In this document: positions 12,119 through 24,039 of the stretch, piece by piece
Position numbering within the stretch: position 1 is the stretch's first letter
How the letters are laid out: every line of letters begins with the position of its first letter
The notes under the pieces: generated by a model
Seen by the model: the letters and a program-made list of their open reading frames with translations, nothing else
Databases searched by the model: none
Told to the model about the DNA's origin: nothing
Assembly (NCBI GenBank): GCA_963825865.1
Contig: CAWGVG010000021.1
Location: 1-64,000, forward strand
Origin: an uncultured Nitrososphaeraceae archaeon
GTDB lineage: Archaea; Thermoproteota; Nitrososphaeria; Nitrososphaerales; Nitrososphaeraceae
Direction of reading: 5' to 3'
DNA: 64,000 bases
Translations under genes and position numbers: made by a program

Positions 12119-12325
12119 ATGATAGATGTAATGAAGCTCAAATACAAAGTTAACTATAATCCTGCTACCTACAATTTCGCAACAAAAAAATATGAGAGCA
12201 AAGAAGCTACTTATCTTACTTATGAACAGGCAAGAGCAAACCAATGGAAATGTGAAAAATGTAAAAGACTGTTTGCAAGCCTTAAAGAACTAAAACTTCA
12301 TAAAATCGAATACCACTCTTATTAG
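12119..12325 (+). CDS. Small C2H2 zinc-finger protein
   Basis: WKCEKCKRLFASLKELKLHKIEYHSY. Confidence 0.7.
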   Translation: MIDVMKLKYKVNYNPATYNFATKKYESKEATYLTYEQARANQWKCEKCKRLFASLKELKLHKIEYHSY

Positions 12326-13081
12326 TATATGAATGTTCTTCATTTCTAAACATTGTTGTTGTTGTTATTCATAATATCAAAAATTCGAGTTATTTATAAT
12401 CATCATCATTTTTAGAAAGGAGTAACTCTATCACCATCTTCAATGCTATTTTTGCTCATTTTTCCATCGTCTCAGCCTGTATGTCTTTTGTTCGTTATCC
12501 CCTGTTTCTCTAGCCCTTTCTTACTCTTCTTCTTGGCATTTCCATGAACAGTCATATCGAAGTCAGAGGATCTCAAAGCTGTTGCTATAGGATCAAGTAT
12601 CATTTGAAAGCATCTCCTTTTTATAGTTGAGATTTTGTTGGATTCTATAATAATCCCAAGCTAAGATCATTAACCAATCAGAAAGATGATACTTACGATT
12701 ATAGATACTTCTTGTTCTCTGCCGAAGTAATAAGAGGTACTACCGTTAGCTGTTGCAGAGTCTGCTGTCAACGATTCCTTTGCTAATAGAGGCTAATGAA
12801 GAGGATACTAAAACTCATTAAGGTTGATTGGCTTTCGCTATTTTAATCATAGCATAGAAGATACAATAATATCAATCGTGGTTCTTCATCATTAACTACT
12901 TGTTTCACAAGGTTTTTTTATTCTCTCTCTTTTCTAGCTTTTTATCAGAGATAAATAATGCGGATTCAACATTATTAATGACTCTTTTTGCTTGTGAATA
13001 GTCATGGTTTGCAGAGATACTAAGGGATGATGTGCTGCTTTCATTTTGCTCAGACTAGACGCTCTTAATGTATAGAACACA

Positions 13082-13888
13082 TTATTTGATCGTCCGTATT
13101 TTATAGAGCAACATTATTGCGTTTATTATCGAAGATGCTGCTGGACTTCCACCCTTTCTACCTACATTGGTAATAAATGTAATATTGGTCTTTGAAAGCT
13201 CCTCTTTGGAGTCAGGAGCAGAAACAAAACCAACCGGAACACCTATAACAAGTGCAGGTTTTGTAATTCCTTCTCTGATCATATTGATTGTTTCATATAA
13301 TGCAGTAGGCGCATTGCCAATAGTTACTATTCCTCCGTTCATCTCATTTACTGCGTGACGCATTGCCATTTCTGATCTAGTTTTATTAAATTTGAGAGAT
13401 TCATCAGCAAGTGATTTATTGGAAATATAGCATACAGCTTCCAATCCAAGGTCAGCAACTGACTTTTTATTTATTGCAGAAAGTACCATATCTACATCAG
13501 TAACAATGTTACATTTGTTTTTGATAGCATTGAAGGCAGATTGGATTGCATCCTTATGAAATATTATTTTCCCTCTTCCAGCGAAATCAAAGTCTGCGGT
13601 TGCATGAATAACTCGGCGCACAATATCCCATTCTAATACATTATAATGATGTGAACCAATTTCAGCATCAATTATTTCAAAGCTTTTCTTTTCAATGTCA
13701 AATGATCTCTTTGACATTTCTCTGTCCCCAGCAGTTCCATCTTTCTTATTATAAGAAGCCAATCCTTTTTTTTCTACCTCTTTGGCACGTTCAACGAGAA
13801 TGTCAACTAATTTTTCATCTACTCCCAAATGCTTTGTCATAAACGCGTTTTTGAATCTATATTTTTCGAGTGCTCGCATCGACATCAC
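13082..13888 (-). CDS. cbiC: Precorrin-8X / cobalt-precorrin-8 methylmutase (domain starts near 13717; the first ~55 codons of this ORF look like the CbiX C-terminus)
   Basis: IEKKSFEII, RRVIHATADF, GNAPTAL, IGVPVGFV, GRKGGS. Confidence 0.9.
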   Translation of the reverse strand: MMSMRALEKYRFKNAFMTKHLGVDEKLVDILVERAKEVEKKGLASYNKKDGTAGDREMSKRSFDIEKKSFEIIDAEIGSHHYNVLEWDIVRRVIHATADFDFAGRGKIIFHKDAIQSAFNAIKNKCNIVTDVDMVLSAINKKSVADLGLEAVCYISNKSLADESLKFNKTRSEMAMRHAVNEMNGGIVTIGNAPTALYETINMIREGITKPALVIGVPVGFVSAPDSKEELSKTNITFITNVGRKGGSPAASSIINAIMLLYKIRTIK

Positions 13889-14528
13889 TAATTACATCAC
13901 GCTTGATATGAGCACCTTTATGTAAAAAGTATGGCATCAATAAAATAATCTTTGGATCATTTTGAAATATTATATTCTTTAAGCCTTCTTCAATAGTAGG
14001 CCTGTCTAGTTCGAGAAAGCAAAAGGTTACATTTCGATAGAATGGCTCTAGAGTATCAACCATATAAATGAAAGCATCTCTGGCATTTTTATCGCTGCTA
14101 CCATGACCTATAAGCAAAATATCGCATTCATGATCAGAATATTGAATTTTCTGCTCGTTTTTTAATTGACGGATTCTGTCAGTTACCACTTCAGTCATCA
14201 TAGGATGATAACTGAGCGGTTTTGTTATCACCATCTTTAAATTCTTGATTTGGCAGATCTTGGCACTTTGTTTAACTGAATCTTTTAACTTCATTCCAGG
14301 ATACAGAAAATATGGCATTACGGTAATGAAATCAGCACCATTATCAAGGCACTTTTTGATTCCTTCATCTATAAATGGCGGTAGAACTTCTAAAAAACAG
14401 TAATCGGTATAATCATATCCTGCTTTGCATTTTGCAATTGAGCATATATCCTGAAGCTCCAGTCTTACATCTGGTTCTCTGCTACCCCTATCAATAATTA
14501 ATAATGCTTTCTTTAACAATTTAATCAA
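13857..14528 (-). CDS. cbiX: Sirohydrochlorin cobaltochelatase, long two-domain CbiX (C-terminus frameshifted)
   Basis: Duplicated CbiX domains: IDRGSR...FLEV..P...PYFL and IGHGSS...FLELDRP...PYFLHKGAH. Confidence 0.88.
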   Translation of the reverse strand: MIKLLKKALLIIDRGSREPDVRLELQDICSIAKCKAGYDYTDYCFLEVLPPFIDEGIKKCLDNGADFITVMPYFLYPGMKLKDSVKQSAKICQIKNLKMVITKPLSYHPMMTEVVTDRIRQLKNEQKIQYSDHECDILLIGHGSSDKNARDAFIYMVDTLEPFYRNVTFCFLELDRPTIEEGLKNIIFQNDPKIILLMPYFLHKGAHIKRDVISDVDASTRKI

Positions 14529-15592
14529 ACTTTGCCCTAGCTATAGATACCGTAAGATTTGGTGGAAACTTTTGTTTTGGAACTACGATCTCGCCTTTTG
14601 AACTTAGTATTGATGATGCTTCAGATACGCTTGCAGTTCCTTCATATTTTTCTACCACATAGGATGGATTTGGCACTGTAACTGCTGCCAAGACTATCTT
14701 TATCATAAATTTCGACAGGAATATTGTATTGATTCGAAAACTCTTCCAACCCTTTCATCTTTTCATCTCTATTAATAGACGAAATATTTCTAATGCTCAG
14801 GAAGCTTAATCCATTATCTTTCATTACAGTCTTAATTCCAGATTCAATATCATCCTTATGTGTGTCCCAATGAAGTCCTAAACCTACTACTAGGCTTTTT
14901 GGTCTATAGATAACCGATTTTTCTAAAATAATCGGTTCAGTAATTACTCTATCGGAAATTATTAAAGCCCCTTTAAAATCTGGTGATTTTATTTCATCAA
15001 GGCTTTTGACTAAAGTGATATTCTTTGGTAATGGTAATTCTTTCCACCAGTTCTTTTCTCCTGTTTCCTGGCATAGAGCCATTTTCTCTTCATTAACCAT
15101 AAAAGCACTGACTTTTGTTACGTTCCCATAGTTTTCAATTGCCCATCCAAACTCTCTTCCTACCAAATCAACTGCAATGGTTTCATTAACATCTGCAGCC
15201 GTAGTAATCACTGACTGTGAATTCAGAAAAAAAGAAGCAATAAGCCGTGCCAGTGCATTTGCTCCCCCAAGATGCCCTGATAATGCACTGATAACAAAAT
15301 TTGCTTTATCATCAATTACCAACACTGCAGGGTCAGTCCTCTTATCAACAACAAATGGTGCAATTAGCCTTATCGCTGCACCAAGTGAAAATATACAGAT
15401 TAGTGCATCGCTGGTTTTGAAAAGATTTGCTACTAGCTGTGCAGTTTGTTCAGTAAACCAGTTTATATCAGAGGTAGAATTGCTATGTTTTGCTGGGGCA
15501 TAGATCTCAACCTCGGGCATCTTCTCTTTTATTCTGTGAGCAATATCGATTCCATGCCTCGTAATGGCCACAACGGCTATCTTTCGTATCAT
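14521..15592 (-). CDS. cbiG: Cobalt-precorrin-5A hydrolase (frameshift near 14690)
   Basis: DKRTDPAVLVID, LSGHLGGAN, VITTAAD, LVVGLG; tail VTVPNPS...SVSEASSIL...VSIAR is in ORF 14521-14706. Confidence 0.9.
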
Positions 15593-15683
15593 AAAGTATT
15601 ATAATACTGGCAAGAATCAAATGGGAAAATAATCTTTTCTATTCTAATTAAATCTTTAATAAGAATCAGCGGCTGACAAATAG

Positions 15684-17237
15684 TTGCTGAACACTGACTG
15701 CTTTTTTAAGGGGAAGACTGGATGTAAGTCTAATATTTTCTTATTAGCAATACCGCTGGCATTAAGTACATTTACTCACATGTGGAATACTACAGGGTTT
15801 CCTGATCTGTTCTATGACGAAGGAGTATACATGCGACGGGCTATGCATGTATTGGATGGACTAGGCCCTCAAGAATCGTACTACCACGATCATCCATATT
15901 TTGGACAGCTCTTGTTGGCAGGTGTATTTAAGATAATTGGCTATCCGAATTTACTGAATCCATCTGCTACTACAACTAATGGTAATGCGCATTCAATTGA
16001 AATGCTTTACCTTGTCCCAAGAATATTGATTGGAATACTTGCTGTAGCTGATACTTTTCTTGTGTATAAAATATCAGAGCGCCGTTATGGCAGAAATGTT
16101 GCATTTATCGCATCGGTTCTTTTTGCAGTAATGCCAATAACTTGGTTGATAAGAAGGATATTGTTAGATACTATTCAGCTGCCTTTTCTGTTATCTTCAA
16201 TATTATTTGCACTTTACTATACAAAGGATTCAAAGAGCAACTGTAGCGGCAATAACAACAAACGCATTCTATCAGTTTTGCTTTCAGGTATTTTTTTAGG
16301 ACTATCAATATTCACAAAGGTTCCAGTCTTTACCATGATTCCTCTTATCAGCTTTCTTATTTTTGCAAATAGCAATAGAAATTTTAAAACCTTAGGGCTT
16401 TGGTTTATTCCTGTCATTTTGATACCATTACTTTGGCCTGCTCAAGGCATAATGTCTGGTCAATTCAGTCTGTGGGTGAAAGATGTCTTATGGCAAACGC
16501 ATGTCTTATGGCAAACGCAAATACAGAACGTGGGATTTATCTCAGTAATCACATTCTTCTTGCGAGTCGATCCCGCTTTGTTGGTTTTGGGCACGACTGG
16601 CCTTATTTTTGCAACAATAAAAAAAGACATTTTACTGTTACTGTGGATTATTCCATTTATAATATTCCTATCTGTTACAGGATTTGTCCAATACTTTTAC
16701 TGGATTCCCATATTACCGGTCTTTTCCATTGCAGCAGCCAGGATCATAGTAAATCTCGGAAAAAGAGTTAACGGTAAAAAGGTTCAGCAAATGGTATTGT
16801 TTGCTATAATCTCAGGGATAGGAATTTTTGGATTCGTAAGCACCACGGCATTGGTAATATCAAATGTTTCTAGCCAGTTTGAAGCAGCAGCATTTGTTGC
16901 TAAATATCTCCGAAGCAATAATAATAACGTAACAGTAATCTCAAGTCCAGTTTATTCCTGGATATTAAGTTATATATATAACAGTGGTCATGTGTTTTCA
17001 GACTATCGGGATCTTCTTTTCTATCCCATTCAAACTAAAAAGGTTCTTTTGATAGCCGACCACCATTTCAAGTCAAATATGGGAGCAGGTGAACAACTAC
17101 AAATGATCTATAACAATACAACTATCATTGCCACATTTAAGGGAGGTGTACTTGATTATGATCTTGGAAAATATCCATATACAAGCATGGTTCCAAACTA
17201 TGAAGGAAGCATAGTTGAGATAAGGGTGAGCAAATAA
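15684..17237 (+). CDS. GT-C integral-membrane glycosyltransferase (PMT/ArnT, GT39/83-like)
   Basis: FYDEGVY, DHPYFG, multiple transmembrane helices, LSIFTK. Confidence 0.85.
   Translation: MLNTDCFFKGKTGCKSNIFLLAIPLALSTFTHMWNTTGFPDLFYDEGVYMRRAMHVLDGLGPQESYYHDHPYFGQLLLAGVFKIIGYPNLLNPSATTTNGNAHSIEMLYLVPRILIGILAVADTFLVYKISERRYGRNVAFIASVLFAVMPITWLIRRILLDTIQLPFLLSSILFALYYTKDSKSNCSGNNNKRILSVLLSGIFLGLSIFTKVPVFTMIPLISFLIFANSNRNFKTLGLWFIPVILIPLLWPAQGIMSGQFSLWVKDVLWQTHVLWQTQIQNVGFISVITFFLRVDPALLVLGTTGLIFATIKKDILLLLWIIPFIIFLSVTGFVQYFYWIPILPVFSIAAARIIVNLGKRVNGKKVQQMVLFAIISGIGIFGFVSTTALVISNVSSQFEAAAFVAKYLRSNNNNVTVISSPVYSWILSYIYNSGHVFSDYRDLLFYPIQTKKVLLIADHHFKSNMGAGEQLQMIYNNTTIIATFKGGVLDYDLGKYPYTSMVPNYEGSIVEIRVSK
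16483..16518 (+). repeat. Perfect 18-bp in-frame tandem duplication
   Basis: ATGTCTTATGGCAAACGC x2, giving VLWQTH-VLWQTQ. Confidence 0.85.
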
Positions 17238-17833
17238 GTGATAATATATGCTGATATGAATTTTGACATATCTAGCGCCATACTGATCCAACTAGACTTC
17301 ATATTCTACCAAATTCATCATATAGAAAAGAAAAGTTTTCAGCGCTTAAATTCCAATCTTTTGGTAGAATGAATTTTTCTGCATCAGCACTCTGAAAATT
17401 AATAATCCTGGTAGTGTTAATAAATTTCCTTGGTACAAGATCAAAGAACATGTTGCTACATTAGCAAATAATGCTAGGTTCAATTTGTTTAGTCGGGATA
17501 GAAGAAGACAACCTTGAAGTGGGGTGGCTTGTGTTTACCGACCAACAATCTCTGATTTCTGACTCTTATCATTATCATTATCATCATCATCTTCACTACG
17601 CGTATATTGACTTCATATCAGACCCTCATCGTTTTGGATTCTCCGAAAAATGCATTCAGCGTTATGTTTGTATCAGATACCTAAGTAATGGCATAGGTCT
17701 TTCAACAGGTTTTTATCAGATTGAGAACTCATTTAAAATTACTTAATCAATAGTAAGTCCTAGACGAAAAGTAAATATCTAAATCGAAAGATAAAAAAAG
17801 TAACTCACCTACAAGTAATTACTAGTATTTAAA

Positions 17834-18115
17834 ATGAATAAAGAAAAAATCAAAGAACATGGATTAGAATATATTCTTTTAAATGACAAGGAAGATGAAT
17901 TGTGGGAAATTGACTATGATAAAGGTCATGCTATAAACGTAAGTGAGTATGTAAAATTGGACTTACTCAATTATGATGATATAATAAGATATTCTGGCAC
18001 AATTGAAGATTTCCTAATAAATGAGAGAGCTTGTAAAAATGTTCACTTTCATGAAACAATGGGTGTTCCTGCACGCCTTCATGTAGAAGCTTGTAGTTTT
18101 GACGCTCATGACTAA
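17834..18115 (+). CDS. Hypothetical protein
   Basis: 93-aa acidic ORF with ATG start in an intergenic position. Confidence 0.45.
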   Translation: MNKEKIKEHGLEYILLNDKEDELWEIDYDKGHAINVSEYVKLDLLNYDDIIRYSGTIEDFLINERACKNVHFHETMGVPARLHVEACSFDAHD

Positions 18116-18197
18116 CCATTAAATCAAATCAAATAATGTTACCCCAGAATATAAGACATGCTGTGCATAACACACTAACCCATCAAAATTGATGATG

Positions 18198-19388
18198 CTA
18201 GTTTTTAGCATATTTACCACAAACTTTGCCATCAAACTCAAACATAATTACCTCTACCTGCAGCTCAGCTTTAGAATGTTCGTACATCTGCTCGTATACT
18301 TTTTTGCATATCATATCAAAAAATCCAGAAATATTGTTTTTATTTATAATTTCAGAAACGTGTCTTGCAGTATTTGCTTTTCTTATTTCCGCTATGACTG
18401 ATGAAGAGGAGTTGCATTCTCCAGCAACTTTTGCCATAAATTCCATACTGACATGTGATCCTCTAACGTGGGTTTGTTTGATTCCCATCGCCATTTTTGT
18501 TAATTTTCCGATAAATGCAGCTATGATGGCTTTATGAATTTTTTTATAGACACATTGCTTTATTGCATAACCAGCAAAATCACCCATTTGAATAAATGAG
18601 TGATCGGGTAGAGATTTTCCAAATAGTTCTTTAGCAAAATCCTCACTCCGTCCGCCTGTAGTAAGTACAACTATATTTGTATCCATTGCAACTGCCACAT
18701 CAAGGCTTTGTCTGATCAATGCAGCAAATGATGCAGTAGAATAAGGCAAAACGATACCAGTTGTACCAAGTATCGAAATGCCATCGATTATACCAAGTCT
18801 AGGATTATCGGTCTTTTTTGCAAGTTCTTCTCCATTAGGAACCGAAATAGCTACCTTGACACCGCGATCTTTCAACTGTTCAGCGGCCATCTCTCTGACA
18901 GCCTGTTCTATCATTTTTATGGGTGTTGGATTGATTGCAGCTTTGCCAATTTCCAGACCGAGTCCTGGCTTTGTTACCCTACCAACACCTTTACCACCAT
19001 CAATTATGATCTTGCCAGCTAGATTGATAAATGAAACAGTAGAACAAATCTCGGCTCCATGAGTAATATCAGGGTCATCTCCAGCATTTTTGACAACGGC
19101 AGATGTATATGAATTACTTCCTTCGATTTTTGTCCATGCAACTTTTAACTTAACAGATTCTCCTTTTGGTAGAGAAACTGTAATACTATCAACAGTTCTG
19201 CCAATTATCAAAGCTGAAAGTGCTCCCTTTGTAGCAGCAGTTGCAGAAGTACCTGTAGTATATCCCGTTTTTAGCATACCTTTCCTCCTCTTTTCTTCGA
19301 CCTCTGCAGGAAGTTCTTGCTCTTGCTCGGCTAACTTTAAATCCTCTTCTTGCTCCTCATCCTCATTTTCGCTTCTTTTAAGAGACAT
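18198..19388 (-). CDS. cbiD: Cobalt-precorrin-5B C1-methyltransferase
   Basis: LKTGYTTGTSATAA, AGDDPDITHGA, GVGRVTKPGL, NPRLGIIDGISILGTTGIV. Confidence 0.95.
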   Translation of the reverse strand: MSLKRSENEDEEQEEDLKLAEQEQELPAEVEEKRRKGMLKTGYTTGTSATAATKGALSALIIGRTVDSITVSLPKGESVKLKVAWTKIEGSNSYTSAVVKNAGDDPDITHGAEICSTVSFINLAGKIIIDGGKGVGRVTKPGLGLEIGKAAINPTPIKMIEQAVREMAAEQLKDRGVKVAISVPNGEELAKKTDNPRLGIIDGISILGTTGIVLPYSTASFAALIRQSLDVAVAMDTNIVVLTTGGRSEDFAKELFGKSLPDHSFIQMGDFAGYAIKQCVYKKIHKAIIAAFIGKLTKMAMGIKQTHVRGSHVSMEFMAKVAGECNSSSSVIAEIRKANTARHVSEIINKNNISGFFDMICKKVYEQMYEHSKAELQVEVIMFEFDGKVCGKYAKN

Positions 19389-20071
19389 TAAAAATCATCT
19401 TCCATATACAGAAATACTGTAGCACCAACTATTACAATGGTATTACCTTTTGCAAAAGAAAAAATCATCATTTGCAAATGCACATTATTTAGTAGAGTAT
19501 TAATTCGTTCATGATCAGATAGTATTTGCTGTAAGAATTTATTTACGCTAGACATATCAGTTATGTCATGTTGCTGTTCTTCATCTTCACTATTATCTTT
19601 GGGGTATGTGTAGACCTATTTTATTATATCAAGATAAAACACCATAGTACACGCTTATCGTTCTTTAGTAGTAGAGGGTGTAATACAAATGATAGCAATA
19701 CGCACGCTAAGAACACTATCCTGTTATCTCAGCGCATCCTCTCTACTACTAATATTAATAAATAAATACCATAGACAATTATTAAAAATTTAGCCACAAT
19801 CAAACTTAATTTTATTAATTTGTATTTTCTTTAGATTCACATCAAAAGTTTTAAAGAACAAGAAAAAAATAGCAATCATAAGTAGTGTCATCATTCCCGT
19901 TTATTCCCTTTCGTATTATTACTATTATCATCTTCAATGACTACTATGGAAAAAAATCATAAGTATTTACAAGATGTCCTGTTGCATGACATTTAGCATA
20001 AGTATTTAATAACAAAAGGATTAACATAAAACCATAATTTCATAATATAGGAGGAAGAACAACAAATCATA

Positions 20072-20308
20072 ATGCATCTATTTGGTACAAGATGTTCAGG
20101 CATTACTTTGACTTTGTCTGATGGACAAACAAAAGACCTCATAACCTTAGAACAGGGAAGTTATAGTGATATTAACGTAGAACTTAGCAAAGAACCAAAG
20201 GACAGATTTTTAGTTTTATCCTATATTAATGTAGTAAACAAGATAGAAAGACAGGAATACTACAACATTGATAAAATTGAAAGAATAGATGCTTCTTTAG
20301 AGCTATGA
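20072..20308 (+). CDS. Hypothetical protein
   Basis: 78-aa ORF preceded by GGAGG-like sequence. Confidence 0.45.
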   Translation: MHLFGTRCSGITLTLSDGQTKDLITLEQGSYSDINVELSKEPKDRFLVLSYINVVNKIERQEYYNIDKIERIDASLEL

Positions 20309-20659
20309 GGTATGTCTATACACTTGATTTCATAATCATTGCTTTGATTCTATTGCACATATCACAATGTACTGGACAACAACAACTATGCAAACACACA
20401 CCTTTATAGAATTACAATCAAAGCACCAAAGCTCTTTAGAGGGGAAGAAGGAATGAATGACGATGACGACATATTTTTTGTGAAGTTGCTATAAGCTGTA
20501 TTATTTAATAGCAATTGTGAAGACAAGAATCTAACATATTTCAATAGATTTGACTTGTATTGTTATACTTAATGTTTAATGCATTTTAAATAATGGTATT
20601 CTATAATCTTATTGTAATCTAAATCATTTAATTAACAAAAATATACAGAACTAACAGAT

Positions 20660-21536
20660 ATGTCCTCTGCAGAAGTTGCAGCCAAAGTAGTCAAGAGTCT
20701 AGAGCCAGATGATTACAAATTGCTCAAGGTCCTTGCTTCAGGTCTAAAGCAACATGAATCGCTTACCAGAAAAGAAATAATGACTTATTCAAAAATGCAT
20801 GAAAATATTGTTGATTTTCGAATTAACAGATTGCATGACATGAAGTTAATAGGCAAGAACAAAGGAGGCTTTACTCTACTTATGATGGGCCTTGATACAG
20901 TTGCACTAAAAATGCTTGTTGACAAGGATATCATAATCGGAATGGGAAAACCTATTGGTATCGGTAAAGAATCAGATGTATTTGAAGCAATTACCTCAAG
21001 CGAGCAAGAACGTGCGCTTAAATTTTTTCGAATTGGCAGAATTAGTTTCAGAGAGGTAAGAAGAAGAAGAACATTTATTGGAAAAGAGGATATTCATCAC
21101 TGGTTACTGGTCAATATAGATGCAGCCAAGAGAGAATACAATGCTCTGAATCTATTGAGACATACTGGAATAAGAATTCCAGTGCTATATTACCGTGCGA
21201 TGCATTGCGTTGTCATGAACAGAATAGACGGACTGAGACTTGTAAACATACACGAACTAGAAGATCCAAAAGGAACTTTGCAAAACATTTTACAGGATAT
21301 AAGAGCTGCTTACAAGTATAATATGATCAACTCCGATCTAAGCGAATATAATGTATTATTAGATAGTAAAAATAATATATGGATTATTGACTGGCCGCAG
21401 GTTGTATTAAGAAGCCATCCTAACGCTGCCTGATCTAATAAAAAGAGATGTCTACAATATTGTGAACTTCTTTAACAGAAGGTTTGATGTAAGAAAAGAT
21501 AATGACGAAGCATTGAAGGAAGTCATACTACAATGA
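20660..21536 (+). CDS. rio2: RIO2-type serine/threonine kinase (indel near 21430)
   Basis: N-terminal wHTH, GIGKESDVF, DLSEYNVL, IIDWPQ; C-terminus LIKRDVYNIVNFFNRRF is in the next frame. Confidence 0.9.
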
Positions 21537-21541
21537 TAATA

Positions 21542-22688
21542 CTATCTGAGCAATGAATAAACCTTGTCTATCTTTTCCCATGTAAAGCATGGTTCATTTC
21601 TGCCAAAGTGGCCATATGCTGCAGTCTTTTTATATATTGGTCTTTTCAGATCAAGTGTCCTAATAATCCCTGCCGGTCTCATATCAAAGCTTTTTCTCAC
21701 TTTATCTTCAATTGCTTCCTCGTGTACCTTACCTGTTCCAAAAGTATCTACCATTATGGAAACAGGTTCTGCGACACCGATAGCATATGCAATTTGTACT
21801 TCACATTTATCAGCCAGTCCTGCTGCAACAACGTTCTTGGCTACATATCTTGCCATATAGCATGCCGACCTATCTACCTTGGACGGATCTTTTCCAGAAA
21901 AGGCGCCACCGCCATGTCTTCCCATACCTCCATAAGTATCTGCAATAATTTTTCTGCCAGTTAGACCGGTATCACCCGGCGGGCCACCAATTACGAATCT
22001 GCCAGTAGGATTAACAAGAAATTTAGTTTTACCATCAATCCAATTATCACAAACTGGTATTATCACCTTTTCGATAATTTCTTCTCTTAATTGGCTCAAA
22101 CTGATATCTGGCGCATGTTGTGTAGAAATTACAACTGTATCAATTCCTTTTGGTTTACAATCTTCATAAATAACAGACACTTGTGATTTACCATCGGGTC
22201 GAATCCAGCTCAATTCCTTTTTCTTTCTTACCTGTGATAATTTCATAGATAGTTTATGAGCCATTGTAATCGGCAATGGCATAAATTCATGAGTCTCATT
22301 TGTGGCATATCCAAACATGAGACCTTGATCTCCTGCTCCTTGCTCCTTATTCTTTCCTGCATCTATACCCATTGAAATATCAGGGCTCTGCTCATGCAAT
22401 GATACGAGGACCCGAACAGCTGTCGCAATCAAATCCATAGTCTGGATTATCATAGCCAATCTCCAAAATGGTATCACGGACAACCTTTTGCACGTCCACT
22501 CTGCCTTTCGAAGTCACTTCGCCAGCAACAAAGACAATACCTGTAGTTGTCATGGATTCTACTGCAACACGTGAATCAGGATCCTGTCTCAAAAATTCAT
22601 CTAATATTGAATCAGAAATCTGGTCACATACCTTATCTGGATGGCCTTCTGTGACGCTTTCTGAAGTAAACAGAGATCTTCTTACCAT
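21542..22688 (-). CDS. metK: S-adenosylmethionine synthetase, bacterial/eukaryal type (indel near 22420)
   Basis: [55 protein letters not shown]. Confidence 0.95.
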
Positions 22689-22740
22689 TTTTCCATCTAC
22701 TATTACTATCATACGTTAGTAATGATCTTTATCATTGACA

Positions 22741-22998
22741 TCAGAATTCTTTTTCTAGTCTTATAAAGAGTACATTATTGCCTCTAATTACAACTTTGCC
22801 ATAATTGGCTAGAACATCTGCTCCGTTAAACTCTTCAGCATCGAGAAGAATCAAATTCATATAGGAATCAACATTACTCATCCTACCACGATATTCTATC
22901 TCACTCTTCAATCTCACTGCAACCTTTCGATTTATCGAGCGCTGTAGCATAGACAAAGGTCGTTTTGGTTGTTGCTGTGATGGCGATGAAGATGACAA
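22741..22998 (-). CDS. Sm-like (Lsm/SmAP) RNA-binding protein
   Basis: Sm1 YRGRMSNVDSYMNLIL and Sm2 VVIRGNNVLFI. Confidence 0.92.
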   Translation of the reverse strand: MSSSSPSQQQPKRPLSMLQRSINRKVAVRLKSEIEYRGRMSNVDSYMNLILLDAEEFNGADVLANYGKVVIRGNNVLFIRLEKEF

Positions 22999-23106
22999 TT
23001 CAATTTATCACTTTGCAATTCAAAGCGCCCTGGCTACAATAAAAAGGTTCCTTTGTTCTTAAAAATATCATACTGGATTTATTCTAGTATTTGTTATTAA
23101 TATCTA

Positions 23107-23837
23107 TTGACTGCGACGATCATATACACAGGTTCCATGTCAATTGACCGGTTGCTTGGAGGCGGAATTCGGTACTGGCATGGTTACGGATATTTATGGA
23201 CAGAGCGGAGCTGGAAAGTCACAATTGTGTTTTACGCTTTGTGCTAATTATGCTAAATATTCCAAGCAAGAAGAGATGATAATGTTTATCGACACCGCAG
23301 GAACATTTAGACCCGAAAGAATTTCTGAAATTGCAGGCTCTGAGAGAAATAATAATATGCTTAATAAAATCATATTTGTGAGAGCTCTTTCTACATACGA
23401 TCAGATAAATGCAATAAAAAGAATTCCTGACATCAATCCACGGCTGGTAATAATAGATACCGCAACATCATTATTTTCTGATGAATTCAAAGGAGCTACA
23501 AGACACTTAGCATTGATGAATCATCTTCATGAATTGTCTTTTGCTGCCTATTAATTTTGATTGTGCCATAGTAATAACAAACATGGTTCGGAATATTCCC
23601 GTTATAACAACACTAGCAGATCAAGGCGGCCATAATCTTACAACAGCAATAAAAACAACAATTAATTCATTCCAACAGCGTGAATTTATGGGAACTTCAG
23701 TTTCAATTTATGCCCACATGAAATTAAAACTTGAAATCATTGATTTAGAAAAATCGTTATTCAGAGCAAGTCTGATGCAGCCTCCAAGAAAAGATCAAGT
23801 TCACTTCACTATAACCTCTAAAGGCATTTCTGATTAA
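23107..23837 (+). CDS. RadA/RadB-like RecA-family ATPase (short paralogue; indels)
   Basis: TGSMSIDRLLGGGI, IYGQSGAGKSQL, FIDTAGTFRPERI, VITN, FTITSKGISD. Confidence 0.85.
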
Positions 23838-24039
23838 GAATTAATCAGAGTGAACGCTTATAACTCAAAACAGACATTTAAGATACTTCTTTTTGCTAAC
23901 TTGGTATCTTAAATAAAAAATCAAGGTTGTTAATTTATTGTAGTCTATACAGTAAATAAAATATACGAGTTAAACAAATCAATCTGCAAGACGTTTATAA
24001 AATGCAGGAGGTTTTTGATGGTTATAGAATATTCATATT

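Noticed and set aside
21542-22688. Bacterial-type MetK in an archaeon as a novel transfer
   Set aside because: To my knowledge this type is the usual one in ammonia-oxidising thaumarchaea, and it sits in a core neighbourhood (Lsm, Rio2).
14521-23837. Frameshifts in cbiG, rio2, metK and the radA-like gene as pseudogenisation or programmed frameshifting
   Set aside because: Single indels in otherwise well-conserved housekeeping genes throughout the window are best explained by sequencing consensus error.
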